64,000 nt of DNA, taken from sequence record PQ374922.1; one strand, 5' to 3'. A program made the position numbers and the translations under genes. Numbering within the stretch: the stretch's first letter is position 1; every line of letters starts with the position of its first letter. Below are positions 16,754 to 27,251 of this stretch, one piece after another. The notes beneath the pieces were generated by a model. That model ran no database searches. It had not been told where the DNA came from and saw nothing but the letters and a program-made list of their open reading frames with translations. The DNA is from a phage.

Positions 16754-18700
16754 TTACCATTCCCACAGGATGCGGGAATTATCTGTTTTGTTCTCAGGCT
16801 CAAGATATGAGCTGTTGAAGTTATTGGTCGTGTTGATCCTCTTAGAAGCATCCACATTCTGCTGTACTGGCATCACGACGCTGGCCGGAGGCGGTGAATA
16901 GCCGCCTTGTACTTGCTCAATATTAGACAGCGCCCTCCCTTGTGATGGCATGGCCCCGCCCAGAGTACCACCCCCGATAGAACCATACGCAGCTTTCAGC
17001 TGAGAGGTGCGGTCATTAGTCATATTCTTGTAATCTGAAGACACACCAGAAGGTATTGGAGTCAGCGTTTGTGGATCGATGTTCGGTTGTGCTGGCGTCT
17101 GTGGCTGCTGGGTCTCTGTCACATCAGGAGACGGATTCTCATTAGTGTCAATCAGCATAGACTGGCGAGCCTCATCCATCTTCTGCTTCGCAGCCTGTCC
17201 ACCCAGAGCGTCAGGGATGATGCTGACGAACTTGTCAACGATATCGAACATCGCATTGGTGATTGTGTTCAGCATGTTGAAGAAAGGTTTCTTCACATTT
17301 TCGGCAAATCCCTTCTTGATATCGTCAATGACCTTGTTGGCCACACCCATGCCCTCGTCGATCACACTACTGATACCCCCTGTGATCCAGTCTACCAGCT
17401 TTATCAACTCGGACTGTAGGTTGTCTGCTAACTTGCCAGGGATATCCGTAAGAGACGTGTCTCTCCCGATCCCTGCAAACAAGTCGTTGCTAATCCAGTC
17501 GATAATACCATTCAGCCAACGAGCGGGAGCCTCAGTGATCATGAGGGTGTATTTGCGCAGGGTTTCTCCCGCCTTGGTATCAAAGCCAAAGATCTTGGAC
17601 ACCCAGTCAAATAGATCACCAAATCCACCAACCAGTTCTGATATCCCCGCCCGTACTCGGTCAACTATCGTGACAGCACCTTTACCCAGGATCTCCTTCG
17701 CATCAATGAAGCCTTTACCGAAGTCCCAGATCATAGACAGGAGAGCCAGTGGGCCGACTTTCAGGAACTTGAACACCTTCCCAAATGGACCCAGAAGTTT
17801 GGTGATACCTTCTCCCAGCTTGGAGAACATGCCGAGGAAAGTCCCGACAACACCACCGATGATCTTGAACGGCTTGAGCAAGAAGCCCTTCAGTGCATTC
17901 AGGCCAAGCATGGCCGCCACAGCAGCCCCGATACCGGAGGAATCGTCTTTCTGGTCATCGTCTTTGGGTATAACAGAACCCGCCTGAGGATGGCCACCCG
18001 TTTCTTTGTCGGTTTCCCCACGGCGCATCTCGTCCTTCTCACGCCACTTCTGGTCTTCATCAAAGATGCGTGTCAACACTCCAACGATATGACCGCCCGT
18101 GCGCCCAATCTTGTTTTCAATGCTAGACAAGCGAGTAAGGGTGTCATCGGAGTTCTTTTTCAGTTCAGCAACATCGTCACGAACCTCGATCATCACTCCG
18201 TCGATCATGTTCAAGAATGATCCCACGCGGACCAGAGACACACTCTGCTCGTCCATGCGCTTGAGGGTGTCATCATTGGCAGACTTCAGCTGGTCTGAGA
18301 TCAGGTTAAGATACTCTAGGGACGTGTCATCTGTTGGCATGCGGGTGATCTCACCGAGGCGGTCAATCTTGCCTGCGATATTCTCCAGTTCCCGATTGCC
18401 TTCGTTACCCACATCGACAGTATCCTTCATCCATACGCTGAAGTCGCGGGTGAAGATAGGAGACATGCGAGCGAATCCCATGACGATCTCATTGACTGTC
18501 GGGATACGGATTTCAAATGGCTTGGACTCGGCCTTGGTGCCCTGTTTGGTGGCAGATTCCAGCTTGGCCAGATTCTTGTTCATCCGGTCAAGCTGTTTGT
18601 TGGTTTCATTCTGAGCGCGGAGTTGTTTGCGCTGCATCATCTCCGCCTTGATCTTGTCTAGAACTTTGACAACATCATTGTTCGTTGCTTCCTGTGCCAT
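16754..18700 (-). CDS. Tail tape-measure / baseplate hub protein (gp29-like)
   Basis: 648 aa; N-terminal coiled-coil, central Gly/hydrophobic region (GIGAAVAAMLGLNALKGFLL...), Gln/Pro-rich C-terminus; last gene of the baseplate-hub block. Confidence 0.55.
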   Translation of the reverse strand: MAQEATNNDVVKVLDKIKAEMMQRKQLRAQNETNKQLDRMNKNLAKLESATKQGTKAESKPFEIRIPTVNEIVMGFARMSPIFTRDFSVWMKDTVDVGNEGNRELENIAGKIDRLGEITRMPTDDTSLEYLNLISDQLKSANDDTLKRMDEQSVSLVRVGSFLNMIDGVMIEVRDDVAELKKNSDDTLTRLSSIENKIGRTGGHIVGVLTRIFDEDQKWREKDEMRRGETDKETGGHPQAGSVIPKDDDQKDDSSGIGAAVAAMLGLNALKGFLLKPFKIIGGVVGTFLGMFSKLGEGITKLLGPFGKVFKFLKVGPLALLSMIWDFGKGFIDAKEILGKGAVTIVDRVRAGISELVGGFGDLFDWVSKIFGFDTKAGETLRKYTLMITEAPARWLNGIIDWISNDLFAGIGRDTSLTDIPGKLADNLQSELIKLVDWITGGISSVIDEGMGVANKVIDDIKKGFAENVKKPFFNMLNTITNAMFDIVDKFVSIIPDALGGQAAKQKMDEARQSMLIDTNENPSPDVTETQQPQTPAQPNIDPQTLTPIPSGVSSDYKNMTNDRTSQLKAAYGSIGGGTLGGAMPSQGRALSNIEQVQGGYSPPPASVVMPVQQNVDASKRINTTNNFNSSYLEPENKTDNSRILWEW

Positions 18701-18711
18701 GGGTCACCTCG

Positions 18712-20100
18712 TTAAACCTTCTGTGCTTGGCCTTTCTCAATCGCCTGAGGAGTAGTGGTGGAAGCAGTTGTCTGATTGGTCTGAGGTGGAAGCACCTGCT
18801 CCAGCAAACTGTCCTTGGCAATCTCAGCGATGCACTGATAATCTTTGGTCAGGCGGGAAATCTTGTGACGCACTTTGGTCACGATATAGTGGCCTGTCGA
18901 TAGCTTACTTAACTCTGCCAGGTTTTCGTTCTTCTTAGGACGGTTGGACTGGTCTTCGACGTAGAACACCTGACCGACGTTCAGGCGGTTATCACCAACG
19001 AGCAACACGCGCATCACAGTGCTGGCAAGACTGAAGTTGATAACACGACGAGCATAATCAATCTGCTCCGCTCCATCCGGCTGGGCTTCAATGTAACGGA
19101 CGTTCTGACGATTGAATTCATCTGAGAACATCGGGAACGGATCAAGATGAGCCGTCTCTGCAAACCACTCAGTATAGATGCGCTGTGTTGGGGTGACTGT
19201 CTTGGTCTCAAAGTCGTAGACGCGCTCGTTCACCGCCAGGACATCGCGGTAGTTTGCCATGAACTGGTCACGCGCCAGCTTCTTCTCTGCCTTGATGATC
19301 GTGCGCATAAAGCGCTCAGAGTTGAAGTTGTTATCCTGCATGAGCGGCGCGTCCTGAGGATCACGGAACAACTTGTTCTGCTGAGCTAGTTCCTGCTTCT
19401 CTTCTGCTGTCAATGACTGGCTGCCCTGGTTGAACAACGTCGTCAGGCTCTTGAAGTGATAGCCATTGAAGTCTTCATAGAACACGAATGGCATGAACAA
19501 TTCGTCATAAGAACGGCTCGCCATATAATCAATAGATCGCAGCACAGGCCAGAGCGGGGTGGCGAACCGCTCTTGAATTCCATATGACGGGTCGATGTCT
19601 TCGAACTTGGTGCGCGACTCCAACTGATTGAAGATTGTCTTTGCCATGTCAGAGTACGAACCGTCAAGACCGAGGGAGCATCGGATCATGCTGTCCTTAT
19701 AGGCATCGGTGGTCACCATGTGCAACCAGAATGCTTTCTTGGACGAGCTGTTGGACTCATCAGCTACGCGCCCAACACGCGCTACGCGCAGGGAGAGAGT
19801 GGTGTATTCCGAGGCCGCCGGACTCTTGAATGACACCACAACTTCTTCACCACCCAAGATAGGCATTGTGTCAAGAATGTCCCACCCTTCTTTTATCAAG
19901 ACATTGGCTGTAAGCGATGGAGATGACTTCCCTTCAAGACCCAGATCCTGGAAGACGTTGAACTCCTCAAACAACGCCGTCAGGTCATATGGCGTTGGTG
20001 ATCCACCCTGGGGTGTATGAGGGAGTATCGCCATATACTTCAGGTCAAATGTTGTTGACGGTGTTACAATACCGTCTTGGGTCTCTCTGTTTTCGATCAT
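18712..20100 (-). CDS. Baseplate hub structural protein (possibly gp27-like)
   Basis: 462 aa, immediately upstream of the tape-measure gene; weak resemblance to the gp27 central region. Inference. Confidence 0.45.
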   Translation of the reverse strand: MIENRETQDGIVTPSTTFDLKYMAILPHTPQGGSPTPYDLTALFEEFNVFQDLGLEGKSSPSLTANVLIKEGWDILDTMPILGGEEVVVSFKSPAASEYTTLSLRVARVGRVADESNSSSKKAFWLHMVTTDAYKDSMIRCSLGLDGSYSDMAKTIFNQLESRTKFEDIDPSYGIQERFATPLWPVLRSIDYMASRSYDELFMPFVFYEDFNGYHFKSLTTLFNQGSQSLTAEEKQELAQQNKLFRDPQDAPLMQDNNFNSERFMRTIIKAEKKLARDQFMANYRDVLAVNERVYDFETKTVTPTQRIYTEWFAETAHLDPFPMFSDEFNRQNVRYIEAQPDGAEQIDYARRVINFSLASTVMRVLLVGDNRLNVGQVFYVEDQSNRPKKNENLAELSKLSTGHYIVTKVRHKISRLTKDYQCIAEIAKDSLLEQVLPPQTNQTTASTTTPQAIEKGQAQKV

Positions 20101-20651
20101 TTCGCCAACTCCTGCTCCAGCTGATTGACAAACGAAGACACATAATCTGGGTCGAGTACTTGGATGTTCCGTTTGGCTTCATTCTTACTGATTGCATCAT
20201 CATGGTATGAAACTGCCGTCAGACCATAGTTAGCAATTATGGACGGCTCATCCAGGTCTAGGTTATATGCGAATTTGATAGCACGGGCGTCGGTCACATT
20301 GTTGAACTGGTCGACATAATAGGCTGTATCCCACATACCATCGATGCCGTAATCTGCAGTCAGTTCTTCAACAATACGGCGTTCCGGTTTCGGCCAGTCC
20401 TTATTGATGTCCATGATGCCGTTTATCAGACAAGGTATCCAAAACAACTCGAAGGATCCGTAAACGCGTTCTGCGAAAGACCTTGGGGTTTCCCCATCTT
20501 GGATCGTATACGGCAGGAGAAGCCCTTCGATGTCCTTAATTTTCTGTAAGATCATCACCCGGCGCGTTAAATTCTGTAACAGCACCTGATCATTCTCTTG
20601 GACATCTTGCAATTGATGCCAAACAAGTGGAAACTTCTCAAAATATTTCAT
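20097..20651 (-). CDS. Baseplate-associated protein (possibly gp28-like, 184 aa)
   Basis: Size and position in the hub operon; 4-nt overlap with the downstream gene. Confidence 0.35.
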   Translation of the reverse strand: MKYFEKFPLVWHQLQDVQENDQVLLQNLTRRVMILQKIKDIEGLLLPYTIQDGETPRSFAERVYGSFELFWIPCLINGIMDINKDWPKPERRIVEELTADYGIDGMWDTAYYVDQFNNVTDARAIKFAYNLDLDEPSIIANYGLTAVSYHDDAISKNEAKRNIQVLDPDYVSSFVNQLEQELAK

Positions 20652-20662
20652 GGCATCCTCTC

Positions 20663-21631
20663 TTAGAAGCTATCGCCTTCGGTTTCAAAGCGCCCTTTGT
20701 GTAGAGGCTCCAGTTCGATGAAGGTCATGTCAACCTGCGTGGACACGATACCATCATCTTTGTGAACCGCGTATGAACTGTCCGGCGTCTCGTTGACGAA
20801 CATGTTGGAAAGTACACAAGTGGAGATGCGGTGCAGCCACTGGTTACGCTCCCCATTGACCATGAACGTAATGTCGAATGTTGAAGGATGCAAGTAAAAC
20901 GCGCTGGAATTCTTGTTGTACTTGTACTCTGGGTACATGTGCATCTTGAACATGCGGATGATCTCACGGACCATCTTGGCTTCCTTCTGAGATCGCGGCG
21001 TGAATTTGAATGTAAATGGAATCTCACGGTTGCGAACACCCTGGAAGATCATCTCCACATATGGGTTGGTCATGGTGCCTGTGAACAACTCAAGGGTGTC
21101 ATGGGCGTTAATGCTCGGCAGGAATGGAATAGCCTCCGACGCAGATTGGATAGCCTTGGTGGCAGCGAATCGCCCCATCTCCTTCCCGACGTTGAGCGCA
21201 TCACCCAGTTTAAACTGAGTCATGTCTTGGGCGGCGCGGGAAAGGAACTGTGCCCCCATACCAGCCAGCCCCAGCTCACTACCATTCCAGCCAACGCCAT
21301 AGTTGGTTGTAATGGACTCGGGCATACAAAGTACGATAGACTCGTTTGAACGAACGTGACGCGCCCATGCATATTTGGTGATGGAACCAGACTTGGACCC
21401 ATAGACCACAGGAGTATTCCCCAGAGGGTTCTGTATTGGGTTCTCGATAGTCTGAGTAGCCGTGTTGCCATAAGATGAACCGGAGATGCGGTTGATGTTG
21501 AATAGGACATAGTGTCCTAAGGTCTTACCCCCAGTGACGTCCAGGGGATAAGACAATTGCTTCTGAGCCTGGGACAATCCCTTCGTGTTCAGAACCTTGA
21601 TCTTATCGATTGTCTTCTTGAAGTCGGCCAT
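20663..21631 (-). CDS. Baseplate/tail-tube-associated structural protein (322 aa)
   Basis: First gene of the minus-strand structural operon; TAAATA-type motif upstream. Confidence 0.4.
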   Translation of the reverse strand: MADFKKTIDKIKVLNTKGLSQAQKQLSYPLDVTGGKTLGHYVLFNINRISGSSYGNTATQTIENPIQNPLGNTPVVYGSKSGSITKYAWARHVRSNESIVLCMPESITTNYGVGWNGSELGLAGMGAQFLSRAAQDMTQFKLGDALNVGKEMGRFAATKAIQSASEAIPFLPSINAHDTLELFTGTMTNPYVEMIFQGVRNREIPFTFKFTPRSQKEAKMVREIIRMFKMHMYPEYKYNKNSSAFYLHPSTFDITFMVNGERNQWLHRISTCVLSNMFVNETPDSSYAVHKDDGIVSTQVDMTFIELEPLHKGRFETEGDSF

Positions 21632-21642
21632 GGTCTCAGCCC

Positions 21643-21673
21643 TTAAATAGATAGAGTGTTATGGCTATTTAGG
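21643..21673. promoter_or_regulatory. Divergent late-promoter-like inverted repeat (TTAAATAG ... CTATTTAGG)
   Basis: Two TAAATA cores in opposite orientation between the divergent starts at 21631 (-) and 21682 (+). Confidence 0.3.
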
Positions 21674-21681
21674 ACTAGATT

Positions 21682-22296
21682 ATGAGCAACTATCTTCAGG
21701 GGAAGTACACCCCAGTTAATCCCAAGAAATATCAGGGGAATGTGAACAACATCATCTTCCGCTCTTCGCTGGAGTTGGTGGCTTTCAAGTTCTGTGATAT
21801 GAACTCCGCGATAGTGAAGTGGTCTAGTGAGGAGACCGTAATCCCTTACATTTCCCCAGTAGACGGGCGCACCCATCGTTACTTCATGGACCTCAAGGTC
21901 TGGACGCGCCGTGAAGGGCAAGAGGAACTACAGGTCACCCTCATTGAGATCAAGCCCAAAGACCAGATCAAGCAGCCGAAGAAGACTCCGAACATGAAGG
22001 AGTCGACATTCAACAATGCGATGCGAACCTGGTTGGTCAATTCTGCCAAGTGGCAGGCCACCCGCGAACTGTGTGCCAAGAAGAACTGGAAGTTCATTAT
22101 ATGGACCGAAGAGCATCTTGTTCCGGGTGAAGATCCGGATGTTCGTAAACAGTTTGAGCTGAAGTCGAAAAAGAAACGGGATATGGAGATGCAAGACCGT
22201 CGCCATGCTGAGCGTGTCAGATTCTTGAAAGAACAGATGATGAAGGAAGTAAGACCCGCCCCAACGGAGCGGGATGATGGACTGCTCTTACCTTAA
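21682..22296 (+). CDS. Hypothetical late protein (204 aa), possibly baseplate-hub assembly (gp26/gp51-like) or head-completion-like
   Basis: Divergent from the hub operon; size close to gp26. Assignment is inference. Confidence 0.4.
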   Translation: MSNYLQGKYTPVNPKKYQGNVNNIIFRSSLELVAFKFCDMNSAIVKWSSEETVIPYISPVDGRTHRYFMDLKVWTRREGQEELQVTLIEIKPKDQIKQPKKTPNMKESTFNNAMRTWLVNSAKWQATRELCAKKNWKFIIWTEEHLVPGEDPDVRKQFELKSKKKRDMEMQDRRHAERVRFLKEQMMKEVRPAPTERDDGLLLP

Positions 22297-22505
22297 CTTC
22301 TCTTGTGGCCAGGGGCGTAACAGGTATGTCTGTCGCGCCCAATTTGCCAGCCGTCTGCTCGCGCCTGTTTGACACACTCACCCCAAGTCTCACCAGTGTA
22401 TTGTTTGAACCCGCACTTGGGGTGATGCTCTTCCCAAGCCCAACTGCATGCCTTGCAATCTGAGCATTCACAATAAAGATCGATGGTGTAACCTGAAATG
22501 ATCAT
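22293..22505 (-). CDS. Small Cys-rich (zinc-binding?) protein, 70 aa
   Basis: CECSDCKACSWAW...HPKC...C...H pattern. Confidence 0.4.
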   Translation of the reverse strand: MIISGYTIDLYCECSDCKACSWAWEEHHPKCGFKQYTGETWGECVKQARADGWQIGRDRHTCYAPGHKRS

Positions 22506-22507
22506 GA

Positions 22508-22915
22508 TCAGTCTTCTAGGTGATCGTAGATCTTCTGACGGAACGCATTACCACCAGCACAACCCTTGGCCAGCAGGTGGGTGCCGCCCGTACCGATCAC
22601 GCTGATTGTTGAGAAGCCCAAGATGCGGCCTGTGATGGACTGATCAACCTTCACTGTCTCCACCTTACCAATGCGCAACTCATCAGCATCACGACGGATG
22701 AACCCGCGCTTGACGATGACGCGCTTGTTAGTCACAGCGAATTCAGTTGTCAATACATTTAAAATTGTTGGTATCAGAAATAACAAGCTGAATCCAAATG
22801 TTGGGATAAACGTTAAAATAACCAGAACGTAAATCCAAAAACCGCTCCACCAAGTCGGGCGGGTGAAGGCAATAACGTGCTCGTCTTTGCCGAGCATACG
22901 ATCTACATAACGCAT
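22508..22915 (-). CDS. Membrane protein with bacterial PH-like (bPH_2/YdbT-like) domain
   Basis: Two TM helices (WWSGFWIYVLVILTFIPTFGFSLLFLIPTIL) followed by a small beta-rich domain, as in bPH_2 proteins. Confidence 0.45.
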   Translation of the reverse strand: MRYVDRMLGKDEHVIAFTRPTWWSGFWIYVLVILTFIPTFGFSLLFLIPTILNVLTTEFAVTNKRVIVKRGFIRRDADELRIGKVETVKVDQSITGRILGFSTISVIGTGGTHLLAKGCAGGNAFRQKIYDHLED

Positions 22916-22925
22916 GATAAATTCC

Positions 22926-23435
22926 TTATTTGTCAGGGTTCACTAAAACAGGGGTGGATACCAGTTCGCCGTTCTTCACAGAATGCTGGACTACAACAAA
23001 CTGATCGACCATGCGATATACTTCAATTCCAGCAGCCAGCATGTCAATAATACCGTCTATGATACGATATGGTCGGTCATAGAACACTTTAGCGATCTTG
23101 CCACTGCCGATAATACGACGGGTGCACTCTGGGCATGGACTATGAGTGACAAACATCACTAGGCCACAACAGTCTTCAGTGTGCTGGGGGAGTTTGCTCA
23201 GAGCATTCTCCTCGGCGTGGATAACACCCACCGATACCAGTTGACCGTCTACTTCCTTCTCACAGACATTAGGAGCGCCAGGAGCAGTCCCGTTCCAACC
23301 GATAGACAGGGGCTGGTCAACACGCGGGTCAACGATAACACAGCCGACCTTCAGGCGCTGGGCATAGCTGGACAGAGCGTATGCATGAGCCGAGCGCATA
23401 TGCGCAAATAACATACGGGGTTTGATAGCCATCAC
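22926..23435 (-). CDS. cd: dCMP deaminase
   Basis: Zinc-dependent deaminase motifs HAEENAL and PCPECTRRI. Confidence 0.85.
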   Translation of the reverse strand: MMAIKPRMLFAHMRSAHAYALSSYAQRLKVGCVIVDPRVDQPLSIGWNGTAPGAPNVCEKEVDGQLVSVGVIHAEENALSKLPQHTEDCCGLVMFVTHSPCPECTRRIIGSGKIAKVFYDRPYRIIDGIIDMLAAGIEVYRMVDQFVVVQHSVKNGELVSTPVLVNPDK

Positions 23436-23746
23436 ATCACCAGTTTCTTTTCAAGGAGGAAGATCATGTCGTCTTGGTCTGCACGACCAAAGATCTGACC
23501 CATGGCGACCATCTGGTGGACTTCCCTTACAATGATTTCTTTGCCAGGAGTAACTTCATCCAGGTCCATGATAGTGCTGACGCGGTCTACCATGCGCGGC
23601 GGGTGATTAATGTAGCGCTGCAGGTACTTCTCGCGAGTGGCGATCAAAGTGTTCAGCTCGGACAGCTCTGTCTCTTCTTCTGAGAAGCGCTTTTCCTTCG
23701 CCTGTAGTTCAGCCAGACGCTCATACATTTCTTTTAATGGGGTCAT
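23432..23746 (-). CDS. Hypothetical coiled-coil protein (104 aa)
   Basis: ATGA overlap with cd; predicted helical. Confidence 0.5.
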   Translation of the reverse strand: MTPLKEMYERLAELQAKEKRFSEEETELSELNTLIATREKYLQRYINHPPRMVDRVSTIMDLDEVTPGKEIIVREVHQMVAMGQIFGRADQDDMIFLLEKKLVM

Positions 23747-23815
23747 TTCCGGTTCCTCTTAATAAACGAAGGGAAGTATATACTCCCCCTTCTTCAATAA
23801 CCGCTGAATCTTTAT

Positions 23816-24205
23816 TCAGAGATAAGATTTACCGAGTTCGGTCAGGCGATAGAACGTCATCTCAGTGTTCGGCCAGTTCACGTAAGAACCGTCATGAACC
23901 ATTGAGCCAGCTGGTTCGATCAACCCCTTGGCGAGAAGGGAAGCCCCTGTGCGGGTGTCCCATGGGTCGCCTTTGACGGAGGTGAAACCACCAGCGTTCA
24001 GGCATACCTGGAACGTCCAGACGGTGTTGCCCTTGTCATTGGTCCAGGATTTGGGATGCAAGTACCATTCACCATAACGGTAATGACCTTTCTCAAAGTT
24101 CTCTATCCCGTAGAGAACCGAGAGTTGGTGTCCTGTAATACGCGGCTTTTTCATGACAATACTCCTTTCAGAGCTAAAACGGAAAGCACACCAATAATCA
24201 ACCAT
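23816..24205 (-). CDS. Hypothetical protein (129 aa; start probably internal at MKKPRITG)
   Basis: ORF with alternative internal ATG. Confidence 0.45.
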   Translation of the reverse strand: MVDYWCAFRFSSERSIVMKKPRITGHQLSVLYGIENFEKGHYRYGEWYLHPKSWTNDKGNTVWTFQVCLNAGGFTSVKGDPWDTRTGASLLAKGLIEPAGSMVHDGSYVNWPNTEMTFYRLTELGKSYL

Positions 24206-24468
24206 GTCGGGATAATCGGCTTGCAGTTCATGTGGGTTTCTCCACCTTCGATGTTCGGGCTTCCTTGTATAAGAACGTGTTCACAGGAAGCTCTGAACGT
24301 CATTACACAGCCCATCAACACAATCGGCCTGATATAATAACCCGTTTTAGTTTGCTTCACGATACATGGAGAGGAGAAGCGCAGATATGGATCCCCTTTC
24401 CGGTAGCCTGTGATTGTGACCTTCTGCACTTCATAAGGCACTTTTTGGCCAGAAAAATAAATTTTCAT
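24151..24468 (-). CDS. Hypothetical tail-anchored membrane protein (105 aa)
   Basis: C-terminal TM segment [16 protein letters not shown]. Confidence 0.45.
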   Translation of the reverse strand: MKIYFSGQKVPYEVQKVTITGYRKGDPYLRFSSPCIVKQTKTGYYIRPIVLMGCVMTFRASCEHVLIQGSPNIEGGETHMNCKPIIPTWLIIGVLSVLALKGVLS

Positions 24469-25043
24469 ATTTCAATCCCCAGATTGGTGTAGAGCAGCTC
24501 GGCCAATGTCACAGGGCGCTTGAATTGTTCCCAGCTGCAGTTCAGGTATTCACGTTCTTCACGCATTTTACTGTGAAGATGACCATGGATATTATACGCC
24601 CAGCGGTCCAATTGATAAGGAACGTGAGTGGTCAGCACACGACCAACCGGAGTATCACGCTCATACATCGCACCAAAGGAGCTAATCCATCCCTCTTGAT
24701 ACAGCTTCATCAACATCTTGAATCTGTCATGGTTGCCTTGCGCCACCCTGATGATAAAGTTCGGTCGCCAGTCATCGGGAACCGGGCGGCGCTTGAACTC
24801 ATCAATATTCCGCTTGGCACCCTCGCGCATCAGGCGAATGAACCCCTCAGCCCCGATGAAGCAGATGTCGCCTGCAAGTTCAAGGACGTCTCGAGACTTC
24901 AGCCCCTGAAAGATACTGTCGATAACTGCAGCATCATGCGCCTCTTGGGTATCGAACCCACGGGGCTTGAAGATCTTCTTGTGTCCAAGGTGGGTGTCTC
25001 CCAGATACTTTACAATTCCTGCCATTATGGTCTCCTCAACCAT
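24465..25043 (-). CDS. Calcineurin-like metallophosphoesterase
   Basis: Metallophosphatase motifs GDTHLG, GNHD, HGHLH. Confidence 0.7.
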   Translation of the reverse strand: MVEETIMAGIVKYLGDTHLGHKKIFKPRGFDTQEAHDAAVIDSIFQGLKSRDVLELAGDICFIGAEGFIRLMREGAKRNIDEFKRRPVPDDWRPNFIIRVAQGNHDRFKMLMKLYQEGWISSFGAMYERDTPVGRVLTTHVPYQLDRWAYNIHGHLHSKMREEREYLNCSWEQFKRPVTLAELLYTNLGIEI

Positions 25044-25453
25044 TCTAAAATCGGTACGTTCACAAACCCTTTATGCCAGCGATGTGGTTTGTGACCTCTG
25101 TTGTGTTCGAGCAAACACGTGTCCGGTGGGACACTGAAGTGGATGCCGTCGATGTCGTAGTAATGCCCATCAATCAGAGTATACACATGACCTTCGGTCT
25201 GACTGTAATGGATCTCTGCTTGGGGATACACGTGCTTCAACAACAGAGCGACCTGGTAACACTTCCCGTTCTTCCCCACGTACTCGACATCCACCTGTTG
25301 TGGAAACACATCTTTGACAAGGTTTATCAATCTCGTGATGTCATTTACAACAACCGAACGTTTCATATCGCCTCTCCCGAGGATTCGTTGGTGAACCAAT
25401 GATACTCTATCCCGGATATAGAAAAGCCCCTCACGGGGCTTGATCATCTTCAT
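25025..25453 (-). CDS. Hypothetical protein (142 aa)
   Basis: ORF in operon context. Confidence 0.45.
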   Translation of the reverse strand: MKMIKPREGLFYIRDRVSLVHQRILGRGDMKRSVVVNDITRLINLVKDVFPQQVDVEYVGKNGKCYQVALLLKHVYPQAEIHYSQTEGHVYTLIDGHYYDIDGIHFSVPPDTCLLEHNRGHKPHRWHKGFVNVPILEWLRRP

Positions 25454-25733
25454 CAGGGAATATACGCCATCGACCTATTCCATACCACTCACCGATAGAG
25501 TTCCATGTCCTTTCCCCAGGCCAGCCACCGACCGTGTAGTAATGCGCCACCAGCCGCCAGTAAGGAAGAGAGGCCGTGTTCACGCCGCCGTCGGCCTTTA
25601 GGCAGGCCAAGTACCAATTCGTGAGACTGAACGCCTGAAATAACGGATGAAGGAACATGAAGTACAGGTAGCCCAATATGGCTGCGAACACCCCAGCTGT
25701 TACGATCACACCGATGACAGTGAATACAATCAT
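25431..25733 (-). CDS. Hypothetical membrane protein (100 aa)
   Basis: N-terminal TM segment IVFTVIGVIVTAGVFAAILGYLYFMF. Confidence 0.4.
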   Translation of the reverse strand: MIVFTVIGVIVTAGVFAAILGYLYFMFLHPLFQAFSLTNWYLACLKADGGVNTASLPYWRLVAHYYTVGGWPGERTWNSIGEWYGIGRWRIFPDEDDQAP

Positions 25734-26362
25734 CCCACAACCTCCAGCCCCATCAGATCTTCCATGGTCTTCTGAATACGCAGCCAGTCAAGCGCAGCGT
25801 CATAACGAGGGTCGTGATAGACCATACCTTCCAGTTCCCACGCCTTGATGCCAGCATACCGATCCTGCTGTCCAACACCCTTCAGCCAACTCACGATGTC
25901 GAAGGTGTGGTGGTAGTCCCAAGGCTCGTTGGAGTCCTGCTTACACGTCACCTCAATGATGTGCTGAGCCTTGCGCAGATCGAACAAGTTACGGTCACAC
26001 CAGTCAACCGAGCGCGGGTCTACCCCAAGAAGATGACAACCCTTGCGGATTTCATCGGCCAGCTGGAAGATAGAGATGTCATCTTCCTTGGGATACAGAC
26101 TGACGGCGCGAGCCGCATCACACGGGTTACGTTTACCCGTGCCCAGCCACCATTCTACCGTCCCCTGGTCCTTCACGCGACCGAGTTCGATCTGTTCTTT
26201 GACATTCAGCTTAATGAACGTCGTGCGCTCCTCAACCAGCTGCTGAAGAGTATAACGCTTGGTCAGGTCGGCGATGGTGTGTGCCCAAGACAGCATGACT
26301 GCATCATCCCAGCGCCCCAGGGTTTCGCTGTCGGCAACTGCAAGGAAATTAGACTTGTACAT
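25730..26362 (-). CDS. DEDD-type 3'-5' exonuclease (DexA-like)
   Basis: Exo I-like motif FLAVADSETLG near the N-terminus; size similar to T4 DexA. Confidence 0.55.
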   Translation of the reverse strand: MYKSNFLAVADSETLGRWDDAVMLSWAHTIADLTKRYTLQQLVEERTTFIKLNVKEQIELGRVKDQGTVEWWLGTGKRNPCDAARAVSLYPKEDDISIFQLADEIRKGCHLLGVDPRSVDWCDRNLFDLRKAQHIIEVTCKQDSNEPWDYHHTFDIVSWLKGVGQQDRYAGIKAWELEGMVYHDPRYDAALDWLRIQKTMEDLMGLEVVG

Positions 26363-26977
26363 TTATGCCTCCTCGTCGATGATTTCTTGCTCATCTTCGA
26401 CAATCATGATACTTTCTGTGTCCAGATGAGAAAGTTCCATCAGATCATCATCGAACCCGTCTCCTTCCCTGATATAGAAGACTGGGACGACACGACGGCG
26501 GGTCTCTTCATACACGCTTTCAGAGATTCGATTGATATGGCGCACTACACTGTAGAGGTTCAGACCACCAATGCCACAGCCGATAGCAGGCAGGCCGACA
26601 TAGACGGTTTCATCTTTAGTTGCTTCCACAATTTCGTGAACCTGCTCAAACAACATCTGAACAGAACTGATGACAGACGGCATGCGAGCGTTCGGACCTG
26701 GATAAAACTGAGTGTAGAGGTTCGCGCCCCAGACACCAGTGCTGTGGTCAAATGCATAGGACATGCCACCCAGGCGTTGCTCTGGACCACGAGGGTCGTT
26801 CGCATCGACTTCACGCAGGGCTGGGAAGTTGTTACCGATGTGCAGAGCAATGCCCGCACCCATGGTAGACCAACAGTTGGCACCGTGGGCAAAGATGTCG
26901 ATCAGATTGAAGCTACAGGCGGCTTTCAGTAGATCACCACCATTGATTACATAAGTTGTCATGCGTACTGTCTCCAT
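26363..26977 (-). CDS. Macro-domain-like protein (ADP-ribose binding/processing) with acidic C-terminal tail
   Basis: IDIFAHGANCWSTMGAGIA resembles the macrodomain N-x(6)-GGG-like signature. Assignment is tentative. Confidence 0.45.
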   Translation of the reverse strand: METVRMTTYVINGGDLLKAACSFNLIDIFAHGANCWSTMGAGIALHIGNNFPALREVDANDPRGPEQRLGGMSYAFDHSTGVWGANLYTQFYPGPNARMPSVISSVQMLFEQVHEIVEATKDETVYVGLPAIGCGIGGLNLYSVVRHINRISESVYEETRRRVVPVFYIREGDGFDDDLMELSHLDTESIMIVEDEQEIIDEEA

Positions 26978-27201
26978 TCAATAATGCTGTTGTCAACACA
27001 TGACACCTGGATGATGCCTGTGCGGTGGTGATAATCAGTCATCTGCATGATAAAGTTGTTCCCATTGTTGATAATGGTGTTGACAACGATACCCTTGGCA
27101 GCAAGGCGTATTACAATGGCAGTGCAAAGGCGGTCCATGTAACCGGACACAGAACCTGGTTCGAAGCATCGCTCGAACAGATTTTCAAATTCTGGGCTCA
27201 T
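26959..27201 (-). CDS. Hypothetical protein (80 aa)
   Basis: ORF with overlapping start. Confidence 0.35.
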   Translation of the reverse strand: MSPEFENLFERCFEPGSVSGYMDRLCTAIVIRLAAKGIVVNTIINNGNNFIMQMTDYHHRTGIIQVSCVDNSIIEWRQYA

Positions 27202-27251
27202 TTGATGTTACCAAACAAGGGGTCGAGGCGGTAATAATACCGCCTTTTTCT

